Positions 59,824 to 64,000 of a DNA stretch of 64,000 bases are shown one piece after another. Under the pieces are notes generated by a model, which worked only from the letters and a program-made list of their open reading frames with translations, was not told the origin of the DNA and made no database searches. A program made the position numbers and the translations under genes. Position 1 is the first letter of the stretch; every line of letters begins with the position of its first letter. Origin of the DNA: Bacteroidota bacterium (GTDB taxonomy: Bacteria; Bacteroidota; Bacteroidia; Bacteroidales; FEN-979); assembly GCA_037138335.1 (NCBI GenBank), contig JBAXIO010000002.1, positions 142,315 to 206,314 on the forward strand, in the 5' to 3' direction.

Positions 59824-61476
59824 ATGAGATATTTTCTGCCCGTATTTTTCTTTCTATTCTCAGTATTCGCCGTGAGAGGTCAAACTGCAGGTATTACAGA
59901 AGAGGGGACTGTCACATTTATCAGTTCCCAGAATGTATATGTCAGGTTTATTTCAACCTCCCATATAAAGCAGGGTGATACTTTATATATCACAATCGGA
60001 AATAAGCAAGTACCTTCCCTTATTGTCAGGGACCTTTCATCGATCTCCTGTGTTTGCAGCCAGGTTTCATCAAATGCCGCAGCGGTTGGCGACAGGGTCT
60101 ATTTCAGGACCATGGAAGTAAAGGCTGTAAAACCGGCTGAACCTGCCCCGCCACCTGCAGTTGCGCAAGCCGGGAAGAAGCCCGATTCCACTGCCGTTGT
60201 TGCTGTTAGTGCAGTAACTCCAGCCGTGGGAAATCCTAAAGCCAGGGTAAGCAGGCAAGCCATTCACGGGTTTTTCCAGATCGCCTCCTATACCGATTTT
60301 TCAAATAATGCTTCTACCGCCCAACGGATGAAGTATACCTTCTCCCTGATCGGAAGGAACCTGGGAAATACGAACCTTTCGACCGAAATATTCCTGTCAT
60401 TCAATCACAGCAACACTAACTGGAACGAAATACAATCGGATATTTTCAACGGGCTGAAAATCTACAATCTGGATTTTAACTATGATTTCGGAACGAAAGC
60501 AAGCCTTCTCATTGGCCGTAAGATAAATCCCAAACTTTCAAACATGGGGGCTAACGACGGATTGCAGTTTGAGTTGAAGTTCAAACCGCTCAGTATCGGG
60601 TTGATCGCCGGGTTCAGACCCGATTATACCGACTATAGTTTCAATGCAAGCCTGTTTCAGTTCGGAGCATACCTGTACAATGAAACCCGAGCCAGGTCAG
60701 GGAGGACAATGCAAACCACCCTTGCCTTTATCAACCAGACCAATAACTGGAATACCGACCGCAGGTTTCTTTACCTGCAACATGTTAACACCCTGGTTAA
60801 AAACCTTACGTTTTTCGGATCTGCCGAAATGGATCTTTACAAAGTTGTATTCAACCAGCCTGACAGTACCTATAAATCAGGTAATACATTCAGCCTGACC
60901 AACCTGTATGTTTCGTTAAATTACCGGGTGATAAAGCAGCTCAATCTTTCGTTTTCATACAGTGCAAGGCAGAATGTGGTCTATTATGAGACTTATAAGA
61001 ACCTTCTTGACAAACTTACCGATCCGCAGACCCTTCAAGGTTATACGCTTCAGGCGGTTATAAGGCCTGCCAACAGGCTGGCCATAGGATTGACAGGAGG
61101 TTACCGTTTCGAGAAAGCCGACCCCAGGCCCAGTAAAAATTTTTACGGTTATATAACTTACACCCAGATCCCGGGAATTAATATGGCCGCCACTGCAACA
61201 GTGACTATTTTGCAAACAAGTTATATCAGCGGGAATATATACGGGATCGGACTGTCAAAGGACCTTGTTGGCGGGAAACTGTTTGCCAGCATTTCATACA
61301 GGTATACCGATTACAGTTTCTACAACAATGAGACGAGGGCGATTCAGAATGTTGGTGAAGTTGATCTGAGCTGGAGGATCTGGAAAAAGTTTTCCATGTC
61401 GGTATACTATGAAGGTACTTTTGAAACATCAAATCAGTATAACCGCATCTATGCTCAACTTAACCTTGGTTTTTAA
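59824..61476 (+). CDS. Predicted outer-membrane beta-barrel (porin-like) protein with N-terminal globular domain and Pro/Ala-rich linker
   Basis: 550 aa. Signal peptide 'MRYFLPVFFFLFSVFAVRGQ'. 'KPAEPAPPPAVAQAGKKP' linker. About 400 aa of alternating aromatic/polar strand-like segments. C-terminus 'YAQLNLGF' ends in a terminal Phe. Starts 7 nt after the cytochrome gene. Confidence 0.6.
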   Translation: MRYFLPVFFFLFSVFAVRGQTAGITEEGTVTFISSQNVYVRFISTSHIKQGDTLYITIGNKQVPSLIVRDLSSISCVCSQVSSNAAAVGDRVYFRTMEVKAVKPAEPAPPPAVAQAGKKPDSTAVVAVSAVTPAVGNPKARVSRQAIHGFFQIASYTDFSNNASTAQRMKYTFSLIGRNLGNTNLSTEIFLSFNHSNTNWNEIQSDIFNGLKIYNLDFNYDFGTKASLLIGRKINPKLSNMGANDGLQFELKFKPLSIGLIAGFRPDYTDYSFNASLFQFGAYLYNETRARSGRTMQTTLAFINQTNNWNTDRRFLYLQHVNTLVKNLTFFGSAEMDLYKVVFNQPDSTYKSGNTFSLTNLYVSLNYRVIKQLNLSFSYSARQNVVYYETYKNLLDKLTDPQTLQGYTLQAVIRPANRLAIGLTGGYRFEKADPRPSKNFYGYITYTQIPGINMAATATVTILQTSYISGNIYGIGLSKDLVGGKLFASISYRYTDYSFYNNETRAIQNVGEVDLSWRIWKKFSMSVYYEGTFETSNQYNRIYAQLNLGF

Positions 61477-62747
61477 TGCGCAGAAAATTCGACGTCCTTA
61501 TCGTGGGCGGAGGCCCGGCAGGTGTTTCAACCGCGCTTTGTCTCAGGGATTCCGGGCTTAGTGCGGCGCTTATCGACAAAGCCGTCTTCCCCCGCGAAAA
61601 GATCTGCGGCGACGGTTTAACCCTTGATGTGGTCAAGCAACTGGCCCTGATTTCTGAGGAACTTGCTGCTTCGTTCGGGAATTTTACCTCCAAATGGCCC
61701 TGTTACAGTGCCGAAATATTCTCCCCCGATTACAGTCAGATAAGCATAGCAGTGAGGCCAAAGCAGGAGCAGCGGCCGATGTTCACCTGCCGCCGGGCCG
61801 ATTTCGACAAGTTTCTAATAGACCAGGCAAAAAAGCTTGAAAATATCAGTATTTTTGAGAATACACATCCGCAGAAACTTGTTATTGATAAAGACAAGGT
61901 GCTGCTGGAAGCAGGCGAAGATACCTTTGAAGGCCGCGTTATTGTCGGAGCCGACGGGGTTAATTCTTTCGTTGCAAGGGAACTTGGAGTTGAACGGATT
62001 GGCAGGGGACAGCAGTGTGTGGCCCTCCGGACCTATTATACAGGCTTAAAACCCCTTCGTGAAGGCAGCCAGATCGAGATGTACCTGCCCGTTGAAACAC
62101 TCCCCGGTTATTTATGGATATTTCATCTTGGCGACGGCACTTCGAATGTGGGCGTTGGCATGCCTGCTCCGGTAATCAATAAAAAAGGGATAAACCTGAG
62201 GAAGTGTTTTGAAGGGCTGCTGATGTCAGAACCCCTGAAAAGCCGGCTTGCCGGCGCTATGCGCATGGAAGCTGTGAAGGGGTATACCATCCCCTATGGA
62301 GGACGCAGGCGTTCAATATCTGGCCACAGCTTCCTTTTAGCGGGAGATGCGGCGGCCCTGGTTGACCCGATAAGCGGTGAAGGTGTAGGAAATTCGATCA
62401 GGAGCGGAAGGGTAGCTGCCGGGCATATTATTAATTGTTTCAGGGCGGATGATTTTTCGGCGGGATTTAACAAAGCATACGATGACGAGATATACCGCAG
62501 GATGATGCCCGAGTTTAAGTTTCATATTATGTTAAGGTCCCTGTTAAAATATCCTTCCCTCCTGAATTATTTTGTTGGTACCGCCTCAGGCCACCCCCGT
62601 GTGGGACGCTCCCTCCAAAAGCTTGTCTGGAACCTTGGGATTAATAAATTAGGGTCAAGGATCCGTTTGGTCTTAAGCTTAACGTATATGTTCACCCTCC
62701 AGGGATTATTTGAACCGGTATCCCGCCCTGAAAGAAAAAGGGCGTAA
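61476..62747 (+). CDS. Geranylgeranyl-reductase-family FAD-dependent oxidoreductase
   Basis: 423 aa. 'FDVLIVGGGPAGVSTAL', 'KICGDGL', 'LLAGDAAALVDPISGEGVGNSIRSG'. The ATG shares one base with the upstream stop (TAATG). Confidence 0.85.
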   Translation: MRRKFDVLIVGGGPAGVSTALCLRDSGLSAALIDKAVFPREKICGDGLTLDVVKQLALISEELAASFGNFTSKWPCYSAEIFSPDYSQISIAVRPKQEQRPMFTCRRADFDKFLIDQAKKLENISIFENTHPQKLVIDKDKVLLEAGEDTFEGRVIVGADGVNSFVARELGVERIGRGQQCVALRTYYTGLKPLREGSQIEMYLPVETLPGYLWIFHLGDGTSNVGVGMPAPVINKKGINLRKCFEGLLMSEPLKSRLAGAMRMEAVKGYTIPYGGRRRSISGHSFLLAGDAAALVDPISGEGVGNSIRSGRVAAGHIINCFRADDFSAGFNKAYDDEIYRRMMPEFKFHIMLRSLLKYPSLLNYFVGTASGHPRVGRSLQKLVWNLGINKLGSRIRLVLSLTYMFTLQGLFEPVSRPERKRA

Positions 62748-62757
62748 TTTTACCCTG

Positions 62758-63783
62758 ATGTACATTGTTAGCTTATTCAGGGCTGTTGTATTCGTAAAGC
62801 GGTTTTTCAAAACCCAGGGGGAATTCAATTCACGATTTGTTGATGAGTTTATTGAACCCTTATGCAGAAAGTACGATACACGCCCCGGCACGGAGGTCCT
62901 TCATAAAATCAAAAAATATTACTGTATCGGCGTCCCCGTAGTTTGTGCAGGGTTTGCGAGGATATACGGGAGGGAGCTGACGCCGGAGGAGCGTGAAAAC
63001 GCCACAATGGGAGGGATAATCACCCCTCTCATCGATGACTTTACCGATAAAAACCAGCTTTCGCCAGGTCAGCTGAATACATTATTGTCCTTCTCGGCCC
63101 AGGCCGACCCCCCAACCCTTGAGGAAGCCATAGTCAACGCAATACTTGTAAAGTTATATGAGCGGGTAAGCAGCAGGGAGGGTACGGTGGATGCCTTCAT
63201 GCGGACTTTGCTGGCTCAGCGGGAATCGGCAAGACAGACCCGGAAAGGGCTTCCGCAGTCAGATCTCCTGAAAATAACCATGGATAAAGGAGCCTGGTCG
63301 CTGATATTATACCATTACCTGATAAAGGAAGTGCCCAACCGGCAGACCATCGGCATGATTTACCAGATGGGCGGGGTGCTGCAGATAGCCCAGGATATTT
63401 TTGATGTATATAAGGATTTTCATGAAGGAGTGAACACCCTTGCAAACACTTGCGGAGATTACAGTGAGTTTGAAAAATTTTACCTGGATGAATGCAGGAA
63501 GTTTTGTGCGCTGGCCAGGGCTTTACCTTACAGGAAGTCCGACCTGGAATTCTTCATTGTATTTGCGGCCAACAGCATGGCCAGGGGTATTGTTGCATTG
63601 AGAAAGTTGCAGAAGCTCCAGAGGAAGATGGGAGGTGGAGTGTTGCCATTCCCTGAGATTGAAAGGAGAAAGCTCATCTGCGATATGGAAAAGCCCGTTA
63701 ATTTCCTGAAGATGAACTGGTACGGGTATCTGATACTGGGCAAAAAAGCCAGGGCAGAGATCGTGCCTGGGGAACAGATTTGA
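62758..63783 (+). CDS. Class-1 isoprenoid synthase superfamily protein (squalene/phytoene-synthase-like)
   Basis: Asp-rich motif 'PLIDDFTD' (DDxxD) and second motif 'LQIAQDIFDVYKDFHEG', which resembles 'QLTNILRDVGED' of head-to-head synthases. The ATG at 62758 is preferred over the TTG at 62710. Confidence 0.45.
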   Translation: MYIVSLFRAVVFVKRFFKTQGEFNSRFVDEFIEPLCRKYDTRPGTEVLHKIKKYYCIGVPVVCAGFARIYGRELTPEERENATMGGIITPLIDDFTDKNQLSPGQLNTLLSFSAQADPPTLEEAIVNAILVKLYERVSSREGTVDAFMRTLLAQRESARQTRKGLPQSDLLKITMDKGAWSLILYHYLIKEVPNRQTIGMIYQMGGVLQIAQDIFDVYKDFHEGVNTLANTCGDYSEFEKFYLDECRKFCALARALPYRKSDLEFFIVFAANSMARGIVALRKLQKLQRKMGGGVLPFPEIERRKLICDMEKPVNFLKMNWYGYLILGKKARAEIVPGEQI

Positions 63784-63872
63784 AAACGGCTTCAGGAATT
63801 GCAGGGAGAGGCGTGATTTATCAATACTTATTCACAGTTTCTCATAATCAGTAATGCTATAAATATCTTTGT

Positions 63873-63880
63873 ATTAAATC
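63873..63880 (+). promoter_or_regulatory. Candidate -7 promoter element (TATCTTTG)
   Basis: Exact TAnnTTTG match 50 nt upstream of the ATG at 63931. Confidence 0.28.
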
Positions 63881-63930
63881 AATAATCCTATTCAGGGAAA
63901 ATTGACTGGTTTAATATAAGTCAAGAGATT

Positions 63931-64000
63931 ATGAGAAAATTTTATCTATTGATCCTGTTTAACATTTTCATGCTATCCGGGATTGGTCAAAATAACACAC
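63931..64000 (+). CDS. 5' end of a secreted protein gene (truncated by the window edge)
   Basis: The ATG at 63931 encodes 'MRKFYLLILFNIFMLSGIGQNNT', which looks like a signal peptide. Only 23 codons are visible. Confidence 0.35.
   Translation, partial: MRKFYLLILFNIFMLSGIGQNNT

Noticed and set aside
1-64000. Window-wide look for tRNA/rRNA genes, transposases, integrases, phage genes, toxin-antitoxin pairs and restriction/defence systems.
   Set aside because: No intergenic region longer than 60 nt shows cloverleaf-compatible structure or rRNA-like sequence. No ORF shows DDE or tyrosine/serine recombinase, nuclease-helicase or methyltransferase motifs. The absence is based on inspection by eye only.

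Overview
The window looks like a chromosomal segment from a Bacteroidota genome. Supporting this: T9SS type-A and type-B C-terminal sorting domains, a PorP/SprF gene, a DUF4271-hemD pair, TAnnTTTG-type promoter elements, and a mitochondrial-type aconitase clustered with icd and citrate synthase. Coding density is high. About 45 CDS can be supported.

Housekeeping genes include panD-panC, panB, mnmA, yidD-rnpA, hemD, an RluA-family synthase, dnaK and the oxidative TCA branch. They are interleaved with surface and secretion genes: a lipoprotein with an LruC-like C-terminal region, a beta-helix T9SS cargo, and a 2942-aa protein with about 31 PKD domains plus its PorP/SprF partner.

Three blocks stand out:
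- 54025-63783: a seven-gene same-strand locus. It encodes two multiheme c-type cytochromes (20 and 25 heme-binding motifs), a predicted outer-membrane beta-barrel, an unusual membrane-anchored FeS/flavin oxidoreductase input pair, and two isoprenoid-tailoring genes. I read it as a candidate non-canonical porin-cytochrome electron conduit.
- 40085-44716: a 1543-aa fusion of an acyl-CoA-synthetase-like module, an unknown region of about 700 aa, and a GNAT module. It sits 27 nt upstream of icd.
- 48433-52833: a block of SDR, DUF1214-like (tentative), sulfotransferase and SDR genes.

Small heptamer-repeat arrays lie immediately after stop codons at three sites. I found no rRNA, tRNA, CRISPR array, transposase, integrase or phage gene.

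All functional calls rest on motif recognition by eye in the supplied translations. No database search was run, and starts marked as alternative are uncertain.
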